Source of the DNA: a bacterium
GTDB taxonomy: Bacteria > Patescibacteriota > Minisyncoccia > Phycocordibacterales > JAKAEA01
Length of the DNA stretch: 64,000 nt
Assembly (NCBI GenBank): GCA_021818465.1
Contig: JAKAEA010000002.1
Location: forward strand, 31,882-95,881
Direction: 5' to 3'
A program made the translations under genes and the position numbers. This document shows positions 18,513 to 30,555 of the stretch, piece by piece (positions within the stretch are counted from its first letter, which is position 1; each line of letters starts with the position of its first letter). The notes beneath the pieces were generated by a model. It did no database searches. It was not told where the DNA came from and saw only the letters and a list, made by a program, of their open reading frames with translations.

Positions 18513-19409
18513 TTACGAATGTTCTTGGCCTCGCAAGATAGCGATACGTTTAGCAATTGGCGGATGCGTGCTGAACAAGTTAGAAATATGACGGCCAACC
18601 TTACCAAATGGATTAGCAATAAAAAGATGTGCTGTAGCTTCGTTTGCGTCACGCATTGGCTGAGCATGGGCGCCAATTTTTTCCAACGCACTCGCTAAAC
18701 CTTCTGGATAGCGCGTGAGCAGCGCACCAGAAGCATCAGCAAGGTATTCGCGATGACGAGAAACCGCAAGCTGAATCAACGTCACAGCAATGGGTGAAAG
18801 AATCGCCAACACCAAACCAATAATAATAAAAATCTGATTGTTGTTCCCGCGGCTGCGCCCTCCCCCTAAACCGCCAAAGAATGATGCCTGTAAAAAGAAG
18901 TGAGCCAACAAACTTACGAAGCCAACCAGCACCACTACAATAGTAGACAGCAGAATGTCGCGATTCTTAACGTGTGAAAGTTCGTGTGCAATGACACCCT
19001 CCAATTCTGTTTGGTTGAGTATCTGCAATAAGCCGGCGGTTACCACCACTGCCGAATGCTCTTTGTTGCGACCAGTGGCAAATGCATTAGGGGCCGGATC
19101 AGGAATAATGTATATTTTGGGCGTCGGAATACCAGCGGTAATAGCCAAATTTTCTACTGTATTGTATAACGCCGGATTGGTATCGTGCGTCACTACTTGT
19201 GCCTTATAGTGCGCCAAAATAATTTTGTCAGAATACCAATAGCTCGTAATGTTCATAACCAACGCAAAAGCAATGGCGACATAGAGAATTATAGGACTCT
19301 GAAATGCTTCAGCAAACACAAAACCGATACCAATCACCACCACTAAAAAAGCGGTTAGTATAAACCAGGTTTTCCAAATATTGCGCGATTGCTGTTTGTA
19401 GATATCCAT
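18513..19409 (-). CDS. htpX: M48 zinc metalloprotease HtpX
   Basis: PNAFATG, AHELSH, SRHREYLAD and FSTHPP motifs. Confidence 0.95.
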   Translation of the reverse strand: MDIYKQQSRNIWKTWFILTAFLVVVIGIGFVFAEAFQSPIILYVAIAFALVMNITSYWYSDKIILAHYKAQVVTHDTNPALYNTVENLAITAGIPTPKIYIIPDPAPNAFATGRNKEHSAVVVTAGLLQILNQTELEGVIAHELSHVKNRDILLSTIVVVLVGFVSLLAHFFLQASFFGGLGGGRSRGNNNQIFIIIGLVLAILSPIAVTLIQLAVSRHREYLADASGALLTRYPEGLASALEKIGAHAQPMRDANEATAHLFIANPFGKVGRHISNLFSTHPPIAKRIAILRGQEHS

Positions 19410-19976
19410 TTAGAAACGTACTTGTGGTGCGGTGCGAGCAGCTTGGTCATCGGCGTTTTCACCGAGTTCAAAAAATTCCATTTTTTGAAAGTGGAACGAG
19501 GTAGCAATAATATTTGAAGGAAAACGTTGCATGCGAATAGCAAGATCGCGGACATTGGTGTTATAGAAACGACGTGCCGCTTGAATTTTATTTTCCGTAT
19601 CGGTGAGTTGCGCCTGCAAATCCAAGAAATTTTGATTGGCTTTAAGGTCGGGATAATTTTCCGCAACGGCAAAGAGTGATTTCAGTGTGCCAGATAGCAT
19701 ATTTTCAGCTTGAGATTTTCCAGCCACACCCGTTGCTCCCATCGCAGCCGTGCGCGCATCGGTGACATTTTGGAATGTTGTTTTTTCGTGAGCAGCATAC
19801 CCTTTAACGGAGTTGACAAGATTGGGAATGAGATCATATCGACGCTTCAGTTGAACATCAATATCAGCCCACGACTCCTGAGCGCGATTAGTGAGCGTCA
19901 CAAGACCGTTAAATGAAATAATAATCCATATAAGAACAGCAACAACCAAACCTAAAATAATATAGAGGGTAATCAT
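19410..19976 (-). CDS. lemA: LemA family protein
   Basis: QLKRRYDLIPNLV, ENYPDLKA and ARRFYN motifs. Confidence 0.95.
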   Translation of the reverse strand: MITLYIILGLVVAVLIWIIISFNGLVTLTNRAQESWADIDVQLKRRYDLIPNLVNSVKGYAAHEKTTFQNVTDARTAAMGATGVAGKSQAENMLSGTLKSLFAVAENYPDLKANQNFLDLQAQLTDTENKIQAARRFYNTNVRDLAIRMQRFPSNIIATSFHFQKMEFFELGENADDQAARTAPQVRF

Positions 19977-20024
19977 ATATAGTACGTAATTAAAACGTGC
20001 CCTCAATTGTACTACAATCTTTCT

Positions 20025-22364
20025 TTAATGACTATTGACGTACTCAATGGTGCTAGGACCAAAGAAACCAGTACCAACAGTGAGACCGCTAGGATGTAAG
20101 ATTGCAATAGCATGGGCATTTTGAAATGCAATAAGCGCAGCCTTGGTTTTTGAACCAAAATATTTCGTTTCCCGACCAGACGAACCCGGACCGCTGACCG
20201 CTACGGGAAAACCGTTCGCATTTAAGTATATTTGCAACGCGAGAACGTCCAAACCACGCATACCCTCTTTCAGCCAGCGAGTAAAAAGGTGGGGAGCGGG
20301 TGCGGTGGACGTGGCAACAGTAGGTGTGATTGATGCGTCGAGTGTGGTACTAAGATTTTGAGGGGCATAGTGACACAAAGTTGGATTGTTTGCCACCCAC
20401 GGTTGAAAATTGAGCGCACGCGGATCAGTGCAGCCATATTCAACAGGACCTCCAGCAGCAACCGGTGATCCTGCTACCGTTGCCTGCGCTGGTGCCGCCG
20501 TACCAAAAAGAGCAAAGTCAGAAAAATTAGACGTAGTACAAGTGACCGTATGAGCTGATGTATTAACACTACAGCCAGAAAGAGGCGTCCACGTGCCACT
20601 GTCATAGCGATATATCCAGAGCGACGATGTTTCTAGACTGGCCACATCACTCGGGGCATACGAGAGCGTTACAGTAATAGGCGTACTGAATGTGGAAAGT
20701 GCTGTTGTTTGTTTAATAAGCGCAACAAGATGCACAACAGTATTTCCTGCTTGTTCAAAACCGTTCGGTGTACCAGCAGTAGCAAAAAAATTCGTACTAT
20801 TGAGTTGGTCTGCCTGAAATGTCGCCGACGATGAAGAGGCGGTAAACATTGTCGGGATAGTAAGGGTTACAGCACCTTGTGTGAGTGTACCGCCACCATT
20901 CATGCTGATAATGTTTTGATTGTGCGCAATGATTGCAGCATTTCCAGTACAACCCGCAGTGGTAAATGTCGATGGAGAGCTGGTTGAAGTCTCATTACTT
21001 AAACTGGTACTCACAGCCACAAATTGATATGTCGTGCAAACAGAGAGACCAGAAAGACTCACTGCGTGACGAGTCACACCACCAGTATCATACGTCGGCG
21101 TAGCTGAAGCGACATCAGAACTGACACCAAAAAATATTTGCGATGAACCAGCATTCGCTGTTGACCAAGTAATAGTGGCCGCGTTGGATGTGGTGGAAGC
21201 AGTCACGAAGGCTGGTGCGGCAAGATTATTAATCATGAATGTCACCGCTGACGATGTTGCGTAATTATTAGACGTATCACGAGCCACAGCGAATGCGGTG
21301 TGTGTACCGCTGGAAGTCGCTGTGGTGGTATACAAAATCGTATATGGTGGATTGGTCACTTCACTACCCTCTTTAGTCCCATCAATATAAAACGTCACAC
21401 CCGCCACCGCGACATTGTCGCTTGATGACGCCACCAAAGTCATTGTGCTAGATGTGGCTTCGCCGGAAGTTGGTAAAACAAGTGATACGAGCGGTGGTGT
21501 CGTATCAGGCGGGTTCATGGTATACCAAAAAACATCGTAAGGCCCGTTGCCACCACCCAAGGTATACAAATAGCCCGCTGTGGCATTAGTGGCTAGACCA
21601 TGCATATACCCATCTTGGTTTGTTAGAGCAAATGTCTTGGAGTCATTTGCTGCGGTAGTAATATTCCACGGTGTAGAAAGGGTGTACTGTTCAAGAGACG
21701 CATCACCTGAACTAATACTTTGATGTAACAAATAGAGTGTAGAACCATCGGACGAAAAAGCTGCGCCCAAGATATAACCGCTCGGCTCAGCAATGGATCC
21801 AGTTTGCGAAGCGGTCGTAATGTCCCACGGTGTTGCAAGTGTGTACTCATACATCGTATCTGTATATTCGTTAAAATCGTAGAGCTTCGTACCATCAGAA
21901 CTGAATGTCATTGTGTAATTATTTCCGTAGGGTACCGCCATTGATGCTATTTTTGAAATCGTACTGATATTCCACGGCGTGGAGAGCGTATATTCATCCA
22001 GTATGTCATTATAAAATTCTAGTGCATACATTTTTGTACCATCGGAACTAAAATACAAACCAGTGATGCCATCGGCAACAGCATTACCGCTGCCCGTGTA
22101 CAAAGCAGTCGTGATATCCCACGGCGTAGAGAGCGTATATTCATAAATAGTAGTACCGCTGTAATTACTAGACAGGTACATATGCGTACCATCGGATGAA
22201 AAAGCCAATGACTCGCCGCCATTCGGCAACTGTGACGAAGCAGAAAATGCTTTGTTGGAATAGGTCAACGTGGAAAGATCGGCACGAGCGGCCTGTGGCA
22301 CCAAAAACCATAGACTAGCGAAGGCCATTATCCCCACAACACATGCGACCTGTACCTTTTGCAT
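20025..22364 (-). CDS. Modular surface protein: beta-propeller, Ig-like and Fn3-like domains, C-terminal peptidoglycan-binding domain
   Basis: Signal peptide from MQKVQ; repeats FSSDG..YTLSTPWDITTA; PDTTPP..SDNVAVAGVTFYIDG; GCTDPRALNF; DVLALQIYLN..YFGSKTKAALIAFQ. Confidence 0.8.
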   Translation of the reverse strand: MQKVQVACVVGIMAFASLWFLVPQAARADLSTLTYSNKAFSASSQLPNGGESLAFSSDGTHMYLSSNYSGTTIYEYTLSTPWDITTALYTGSGNAVADGITGLYFSSDGTKMYALEFYNDILDEYTLSTPWNISTISKIASMAVPYGNNYTMTFSSDGTKLYDFNEYTDTMYEYTLATPWDITTASQTGSIAEPSGYILGAAFSSDGSTLYLLHQSISSGDASLEQYTLSTPWNITTAANDSKTFALTNQDGYMHGLATNATAGYLYTLGGGNGPYDVFWYTMNPPDTTPPLVSLVLPTSGEATSSTMTLVASSSDNVAVAGVTFYIDGTKEGSEVTNPPYTILYTTTATSSGTHTAFAVARDTSNNYATSSAVTFMINNLAAPAFVTASTTSNAATITWSTANAGSSQIFFGVSSDVASATPTYDTGGVTRHAVSLSGLSVCTTYQFVAVSTSLSNETSTSSPSTFTTAGCTGNAAIIAHNQNIISMNGGGTLTQGAVTLTIPTMFTASSSSATFQADQLNSTNFFATAGTPNGFEQAGNTVVHLVALIKQTTALSTFSTPITVTLSYAPSDVASLETSSLWIYRYDSGTWTPLSGCSVNTSAHTVTCTTSNFSDFALFGTAAPAQATVAGSPVAAGGPVEYGCTDPRALNFQPWVANNPTLCHYAPQNLSTTLDASITPTVATSTAPAPHLFTRWLKEGMRGLDVLALQIYLNANGFPVAVSGPGSSGRETKYFGSKTKAALIAFQNAHAIAILHPSGLTVGTGFFGPSTIEYVNSH
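21660..22205 (-). repeat. Four ~45-50 aa intragenic propeller-blade repeats
   Basis: YEYTLSTPWDIT, DEYTLSTPWNIS, YEYTLATPWDIT and EQYTLSTPWNIT, each preceded by FSSDG. Confidence 0.8.
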
Positions 22365-22397
22365 ACAGAAAATAGTAGCAGACCGGGTAAAAAAATG

Positions 22398-22428
22398 AAA
22401 AGCTCGGTGGGGATTACACCGAGCTTTT
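22398..22428 (-). terminator. Intrinsic terminator of groES-groEL
   Basis: Hairpin aaaagctcggtg-gggatta-caccgagctttt. Confidence 0.8.
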
Positions 22429-22449
22429 TCAAAATATATGTACGAATTA

Positions 22450-24454
<2,005 letters not shown>

Positions 24455-24564
24455 AATTTTAAATGTTATTACACGCTAGTAAATTGTTTTGAGGACTGCA
24501 TTATAATGAGCGAGCCTATTTTTGTCATCTTGCGTCCTCAATAAAAGCGTGATACTATGCCGCG

Positions 24565-24801
24565 GTGACTACGTTTTCTGTTATCATCCCCTATGTGCAA
24601 ATTGCCCTCGCTGCCATTACGGTAGTGCTTGTCTTACTTCAACAGTCAGACGCTGATTTAGGCGGCGCTTTCGGCGGTAGCGATCTTGCAAGCGCACCGG
24701 CCCACACCCGCCGCGGCGCTGAGCGCGTTCTTTTTTATCTTACTATCGTTGGTGGCGCTCTATTTGCTCTCTCTGTCTTAATCGGTGTACTTGTCGGTTA
24801 G
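24565..24801 (+). CDS. secG: Preprotein translocase subunit SecG
   Basis: Two TM helices; VLLQQ..LGGAFGG..TRRGAE. Confidence 0.88.
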   Translation: MTTFSVIIPYVQIALAAITVVLVLLQQSDADLGGAFGGSDLASAPAHTRRGAERVLFYLTIVGGALFALSVLIGVLVG

Positions 24802-24828
24802 TTTTTTGAACGTTAATTTTATTCCTCT

Positions 24829-26556
24829 ATGCGCGATGTGCGCGCAAAAATTATTGCGAAGATTACACAGGCTATTGTCGGTCTTTCTATCACCGGCCGT
24901 TTTGTATTCGGCGTACTTACCGTTACATGTATCGTTGCTATAGTATGGATGCTTTCTGCTATTAGTTTGCATTTTATTGTCACCATACCTGCATACGGTG
25001 GCACCGTCACGATCGGTTCTGTTGGTAATCCACAACTGATTAACCCTGTGCTCGCGATAAGCACCACAGACAAAGACATGACGACACTGGTGTATTCCGG
25101 GTTAACACGATGGGATCCGCAACGACATACGTTTATTCCTGATCTTGCCGATCATTGGACCGTTTCGCCAGATGGCACAACATACACCTTTACCCTTAAA
25201 AAAGGATTAACGTTTCAAGATGGCACACCACTGACCGCCGACGATGTCGTCTTCACGGTGCATGCTATTCAAAATCCCGCTTTACAAAGTCCACGAGCCG
25301 CAGACTGGGCTGGTATCACCGTTAAAAAAATTGATAGATATACTGTGCAATTTATTTTACCAGCTCCCTATGCGCCATTTATTGAAAACACGACTGTTGG
25401 TATTTTACCCGCCCATCTTTGGAAAAATCTTTCGCCCACAAACTTTCTCAACTCACCCCTCAACAGTATTCCTATTGGATCAGGACCATACGCCGTCGCA
25501 TACATACACTATACGAGAAACAATGTGGCCACCAGTTATGTACTCACGCCGTTTAGCCACTTTGCTCTAGGCCAACCATACATTAGTCACGTTATCGTTC
25601 ATTTCTATCAAGACACCGCTACTGCTTTAACCGCAGCACTCAATCACCAAATAGACGAGCTTGACAGTATCCCTGTCGCCCAAACGACCAAACTTTCTGC
25701 CGCTGGTTTTTCCATAGACCATTTTCCCCTGCCACGCGTATTTGGCATTTTCTTTAATCAAACGCAAAACATTGCGCTCGCCGACCCAGTCGTACGCCAA
25801 GCACTAGCTCTTGCCACTAATCGCACGCCAATCATTCAAACAGTTTTTGGCAACGCGGCACATCCGCTTAACGGCCCCGTACCTGCAGCATTTTTAAATA
25901 TGCCACCCCTACCCACAAGCCCCGCCAGCACGTCGCTAGCCGCCGCTCTTCTTGACAAAGATGGTTGGATCCTTAATACTAATGGTATTAGAGAAAAGAA
26001 GAGAGCCACGGGTACCACGACACTTTCTTTTGCCATCTCCACTGCCGACGCGCCGGAATTAGTAGCAGTCGCCAACCTCCTCGCGAGTCAATGGCGAGCT
26101 ATTGGTGCCGACGTCGCCGTGAAAGTATTCCAAAGCGGGTTTGAAGATCAAGTGATTCAGCCAAGAAATTATGACGCCCTGCTTTTTGGACAAGACGTTG
26201 GTCGGGATTTTGATCTCTATCCGTTTTGGGCATCATCGCAAGTAGCAAACCCAGGTCTCAACATTGCTCTCTATAAAAATCCGACTGCTGATATTTTACT
26301 GAACGATTTACGTGCTACCAGTAGTCCTGAAATTCGCCAGCAAGCATATACTGTGTTTGCCACGATGCTTTCCCAGGATGTGCCTGCCATTTTCCTCTAC
26401 GAACCCGATCTCATTGATGCGCGACGACGTATTCTCGGCGGAAATGTCGGGCCGATTATTGAAGAAAATGAACGACTCAATGACATATACCGCTGGTATG
26501 TACGAACACAAGACGTTTGGAAAATATTTGCCTCCAATGCCACCACCACATCGTAG
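24829..26556 (+). CDS. ABC transporter family-5 (peptide/nickel) substrate-binding protein
   Basis: PDLA..W.VS.DG..YTFTL, FQDGTPLTADDVVFT and PIGSGPY motifs. Confidence 0.9.
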   Translation: MRDVRAKIIAKITQAIVGLSITGRFVFGVLTVTCIVAIVWMLSAISLHFIVTIPAYGGTVTIGSVGNPQLINPVLAISTTDKDMTTLVYSGLTRWDPQRHTFIPDLADHWTVSPDGTTYTFTLKKGLTFQDGTPLTADDVVFTVHAIQNPALQSPRAADWAGITVKKIDRYTVQFILPAPYAPFIENTTVGILPAHLWKNLSPTNFLNSPLNSIPIGSGPYAVAYIHYTRNNVATSYVLTPFSHFALGQPYISHVIVHFYQDTATALTAALNHQIDELDSIPVAQTTKLSAAGFSIDHFPLPRVFGIFFNQTQNIALADPVVRQALALATNRTPIIQTVFGNAAHPLNGPVPAAFLNMPPLPTSPASTSLAAALLDKDGWILNTNGIREKKRATGTTTLSFAISTADAPELVAVANLLASQWRAIGADVAVKVFQSGFEDQVIQPRNYDALLFGQDVGRDFDLYPFWASSQVANPGLNIALYKNPTADILLNDLRATSSPEIRQQAYTVFATMLSQDVPAIFLYEPDLIDARRRILGGNVGPIIEENERLNDIYRWYVRTQDVWKIFASNATTTS

Positions 26557-26581
26557 TAATTAATTATCACCCTATCACATT

Positions 26582-28600
26582 ATGAATACACAACGACCCT
26601 ATTCGAGAGGCCGCGACAACAATCGTCGCCGTTCCAGCTGGATGGAACGACAGCCAGCACGTTCATTCCATCCACGTACCGGTACGTATCAAGCGCCTGA
26701 TATGAAAGCGCCACGTACCGCTACACATATAAGTAATGGCACCAAAAAGACCGCAATCGGACGACCTGCGGGCCGACCGATGCGACGCTCCCGTTTTAAT
26801 ACCGGAGCGCCCCGCTATGGCGGCACAAAATCAAATACCCCTCGATCAACGGAGCAACACGCTCCCAATCGTGATACAGGCGACACCAAAGAAAAGCTTG
26901 TACCCATTCCGCCCATCGGCGATAATTTGCGTATCATTCCCCTCGGTGGCGTAGAAGAAATCGGTCGCAATATGACGGCTATCCAATACCACGATGATAT
27001 TATTATCATTGATGTTGGTATTCAGTTCAGCGATGAAGAAACACCTGGCGTAGATTATATTTTACCGAATATTCGCTATCTTGAAGAAAATAAAGATAAA
27101 ATTCGTGGCGTATTCATCACGCACGGTCACCTCGACCACATTGGCGGTATTCCCTATGTCCTACCCCGCATCGGTAACCCACCAATTTACTGCCGTGAAT
27201 TCGCCGCACTCTTTATTCAAAAACGCCAAGAAGAATTTAGTCATTTGCCACCACTCGTTATTAAGACGGTTAAAAAAAATGATGCGCCGGTTGCTGCTGG
27301 CCCCCATTTTAAAATAAGTTTTTTCGGCTTGACCCACTCTATTCCCGACTCCACTGGCATTATCGTCGACACACCACTTGGTCGCATCATCACGACGGGC
27401 GATGTTCGTGTAGAAAATAACGACGGCGTCCCCGATGATGATGAAATCAGTCAGTATGAGATATTTAAAAAAGATAAAGCCTTGCTTTTGATGATGGATT
27501 CCACCGGCGTCGATCGTCCTGGTTGGACTATTTCTGAAAGTCAGGTTATTAAAAATATTGATGATATCGTTGCCAAAGTTGGCGGTCGCGTTATCATCGC
27601 CACCTTCGCCTCGCAAGTCGAACGCGTCATGGAGTTCATTAAGATTGCCGCAAAATACGATAAAAAAATTGTCATTGAAGGCCGTAGTATGAAAGCCAAC
27701 GTGGCCATCGTTAAGCAATTAGATCTCGTTAAAATGGATCATGTTATTCCCATCGAAGACATTGATACTGTTCCACCACACAAAGTAATGATTATCGCTA
27801 CAGGCGCTCAAGGTGAAGAGTTCGCCGCCCTGATGCGTATTTCTAACCAGACACATAAAAGTATTCGCCTGAATGAAACTGACACGGTTATTCTTTCGTC
27901 GTCCGTCATCCCTGGCAACGAGCGCGCGGTCACGAAATTAAAAGACAATCTCTATCGCCACAACGCGCGCATCATCACCTATCTTGATTCCGATGTGCAC
28001 GCATCCGGTCACGGCAAACGCTCCGAACTTGAGTGGATTCACCGTCAAATTCCCTACACCTTTTTTATTCCCGTTCACGGTCACCACTTTATGCTCAAGA
28101 TGCACGCCGAACTCGCCCGCAGTCTTGGAGCAGAAGCGAAAAATATTATCGTGCCCGACAACGGCTCAGTCATCGAAATTACACCCGAGAGCGCCGAGGG
28201 CGGCCAGAAAATTTTTGTTCGTCCCGAGCGCGCGCCGCATGAAGACATGATTGTGGAAGGCTTTCGCATCGGTGAAGCTCAAGAAGTAGTTATTCGCGAC
28301 CGCCAAGCACTGGCGCAAGACGGCATGTTCGTCTTGATCGCCTCCATCAACGTTGCTAACGGCAAGCTCAAAAAGAGTCCTGACATCATCTCTCGCGGCT
28401 TCGTCTACCTGCGCGAATCACAAGATTTACTCCACCAAACTCGCTGGATCATTAAGAAAACTATTGAGGATGCCACCGTCGGCATGAATCCCATCAACTT
28501 TGATTACGTCAAACAAGCCGTCACCGACGCCGTCTCTAAGTTTCTCTTCCAACAAACCGCCAAGCGACCTATCGTTATTCCGGTGCTATTAGGAGTGTAA
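26582..28600 (+). CDS. rnj: Ribonuclease J
   Basis: PLGGVEEIGRN, THGHLDHIG, HASGH and IPVHG motifs; Arg-rich N-terminal extension. Confidence 0.96.
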   Translation: MNTQRPYSRGRDNNRRRSSWMERQPARSFHPRTGTYQAPDMKAPRTATHISNGTKKTAIGRPAGRPMRRSRFNTGAPRYGGTKSNTPRSTEQHAPNRDTGDTKEKLVPIPPIGDNLRIIPLGGVEEIGRNMTAIQYHDDIIIIDVGIQFSDEETPGVDYILPNIRYLEENKDKIRGVFITHGHLDHIGGIPYVLPRIGNPPIYCREFAALFIQKRQEEFSHLPPLVIKTVKKNDAPVAAGPHFKISFFGLTHSIPDSTGIIVDTPLGRIITTGDVRVENNDGVPDDDEISQYEIFKKDKALLLMMDSTGVDRPGWTISESQVIKNIDDIVAKVGGRVIIATFASQVERVMEFIKIAAKYDKKIVIEGRSMKANVAIVKQLDLVKMDHVIPIEDIDTVPPHKVMIIATGAQGEEFAALMRISNQTHKSIRLNETDTVILSSSVIPGNERAVTKLKDNLYRHNARIITYLDSDVHASGHGKRSELEWIHRQIPYTFFIPVHGHHFMLKMHAELARSLGAEAKNIIVPDNGSVIEITPESAEGGQKIFVRPERAPHEDMIVEGFRIGEAQEVVIRDRQALAQDGMFVLIASINVANGKLKKSPDIISRGFVYLRESQDLLHQTRWIIKKTIEDATVGMNPINFDYVKQAVTDAVSKFLFQQTAKRPIVIPVLLGV

Positions 28601-28654
28601 AATTTTCTCCTACAATTTCCACGTAGCGTTGTAGAAATCTGTTACAATAGCGAC

Positions 28655-29875
28655 ATGGAAAAACCGCCAGCAATTGCTCTGGAAAATCCGCCCGTTGCCC
28701 TGGAGCAACAGTCCGTAACTCGTCGATCATTCAAGACCATGTACCTGGCGGTTTTTTTGTTGTCCCTGGTCACTGCCGGCACACTCTATATTAACTCCAG
28801 CTATCTGACACAATATTTTTCGGCAGGCTGGATGGAAGCACTCTATATTTTTGCGGCAATCGGCAATATCATCGGGTTAGTAATCGGGCCACGTGTCATT
28901 CGGCGCTGGAGCAATTTTCGTTGTCTACTTACCTATCTGATTGGCGAAACCGTTGCCCTGTTTGGACTGGCGACAATACATAATATCGTCATTGTCGCGC
29001 TCTTGTTTGTGGCGCAGCAAATGCTGCCGCCACTTGTGCTCTTTTCTTTTGACATCGTACTGGAGCACGCCATTGATACTGAGAGTATTACCGGTGGCGT
29101 GCGTTCACTGTATTTAACCGCGAGCAATGCCGCCTATGTTATCGTGCCGTTTTTTGTTGGCACAGTCATCAGTGCGTATTCGTTTCAGGCAGTGTATGCC
29201 ATCACCGGCATCGTCATGGTGCTTGTTGTTATTTTGGCACTCACCCGCTTCAATCGCACAGAGCCACAGCGATTTCGCCAGGTGAATATTTTTGAGAGCA
29301 TCCGCGGTTTCCCCAGTCGAGCAGGCATCCTCGAAGTGTTTGGCAGTGACCTATTGCTACAATCATTTTATGCAATCATGAGCATTTTTCTACCACTATA
29401 TTTGTTGTACGTGATGAAGTTTCCTTGGCAGACTATCGGCTTGATTATTTCAGTGATGCTCATTCCCTTCGTGATTTTCGAAGCGCCGCTCGGGCGAATT
29501 TTTGACTACTTCCGTGTGGAGCGCGACGTGATTATGGTTGGATTTTTTATTATGAGTGTCAGCACGATGATTATGTTTTTCGACAACAGTCACAGTGCCA
29601 TTACGTGGGCGGCGCTTCTTTTTATCGGACGTATTGGTTCCAGTTTTGTGGAAGTCGGTAATGAATATTCATTTTTCCGTCGGGTCAACGACAGTGACGC
29701 TGGATTCATCAGTGTATTTCGATCAACGTTTCCCCTCGCATATATTATCGGGCCGCTCGTACTAGCACTGCTCGGTTCATCATCATCACCACTCGCGCTA
29801 CTGTTGATCGCAGTACTGATGCTCTGCGGCATATTTGTAGCATACCGTTTACCACCACGACCTCGACGCGTTTAA
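28655..29875 (+). CDS. MFS transporter
   Basis: About 12 hydrophobic helices; PLGRIFD loop. Confidence 0.85.
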   Translation: MEKPPAIALENPPVALEQQSVTRRSFKTMYLAVFLLSLVTAGTLYINSSYLTQYFSAGWMEALYIFAAIGNIIGLVIGPRVIRRWSNFRCLLTYLIGETVALFGLATIHNIVIVALLFVAQQMLPPLVLFSFDIVLEHAIDTESITGGVRSLYLTASNAAYVIVPFFVGTVISAYSFQAVYAITGIVMVLVVILALTRFNRTEPQRFRQVNIFESIRGFPSRAGILEVFGSDLLLQSFYAIMSIFLPLYLLYVMKFPWQTIGLIISVMLIPFVIFEAPLGRIFDYFRVERDVIMVGFFIMSVSTMIMFFDNSHSAITWAALLFIGRIGSSFVEVGNEYSFFRRVNDSDAGFISVFRSTFPLAYIIGPLVLALLGSSSSPLALLLIAVLMLCGIFVAYRLPPRPRRV

Positions 29876-30330
29876 GCACTATCAAGCTGCGATGTACAAT
29901 TGGGGCAACGGTGAGCTTCAAGAGGAATACTGGTACAACACTGGGGACATATTTTCGTGGTAGCAGGCGGTGACACCTTTTTTGTAGTGCCACGATTTCG
30001 CCAATAAGTAATGTGCTTAATCACAAGGAATATAACAAAGGCAATGATAATAAATGAAATGAACGTATTGAGAAAATCACCATACTGCAAAATAGGCGCC
30101 CCGGCCGTTTGCGCAGCAGCTAGTGTTGGATAGGAAACACCATTAAGACTCAAGAAGAGAGTACTGAAATTAACGCTATTGAGTACAATACTGATTGGCG
30201 GGGTTATAATATCTTTAACGAGCGCGTTAACCACACCATTAAAAGCAGTGCCAATCATAATACCGACAGCTAAATCAATGACGCTGCCTTTAGTGGCAAA
30301 TTCTTTAAATTCGTTAAAAAACTTTTTCAT
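29872..30330 (-). CDS. mscL: Large-conductance mechanosensitive channel with C-terminal CxxC-CxxC tail
   Basis: EFKEFATKGSVIDLAVGIMIG and YGDFL motifs. Confidence 0.95.
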   Translation of the reverse strand: MKKFFNEFKEFATKGSVIDLAVGIMIGTAFNGVVNALVKDIITPPISIVLNSVNFSTLFLSLNGVSYPTLAAAQTAGAPILQYGDFLNTFISFIIIAFVIFLVIKHITYWRNRGTTKKVSPPATTKICPQCCTSIPLEAHRCPNCTSQLDSA

Positions 30331-30548
30331 CAATTGAGAAAATTGCCCGACAATGGCGCAGCATAGTTGTTAATAAATTGCGGAATAGCCCACACCAGTC
30401 CAATAGCTGGCAAAAGAATAGCGGCAACACTAATGATAACGGTAATGAGAAAATATAGTCGTAGACGATTCACGATTTTAGACAGTACGTCTATTTTGTG
30501 CTCAATAGCAGCGAGACGGGTGACAATGTCGTTTTGCTGTGGATCCAT
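30330..30548 (-). CDS. Small membrane protein
   Basis: Coiled coil plus TM helix; ATG at 30548 is preceded by TGGTATAAT-N6. Confidence 0.7.
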   Translation of the reverse strand: MDPQQNDIVTRLAAIEHKIDVLSKIVNRLRLYFLITVIISVAAILLPAIGLVWAIPQFINNYAAPLSGNFLN

Positions 30549-30555
30549 ACGCCTA

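Noticed and set aside
29872-29960. Zinc-ribbon tail on MscL
   Set aside because: Already a familiar variant among bacterial MscL proteins.
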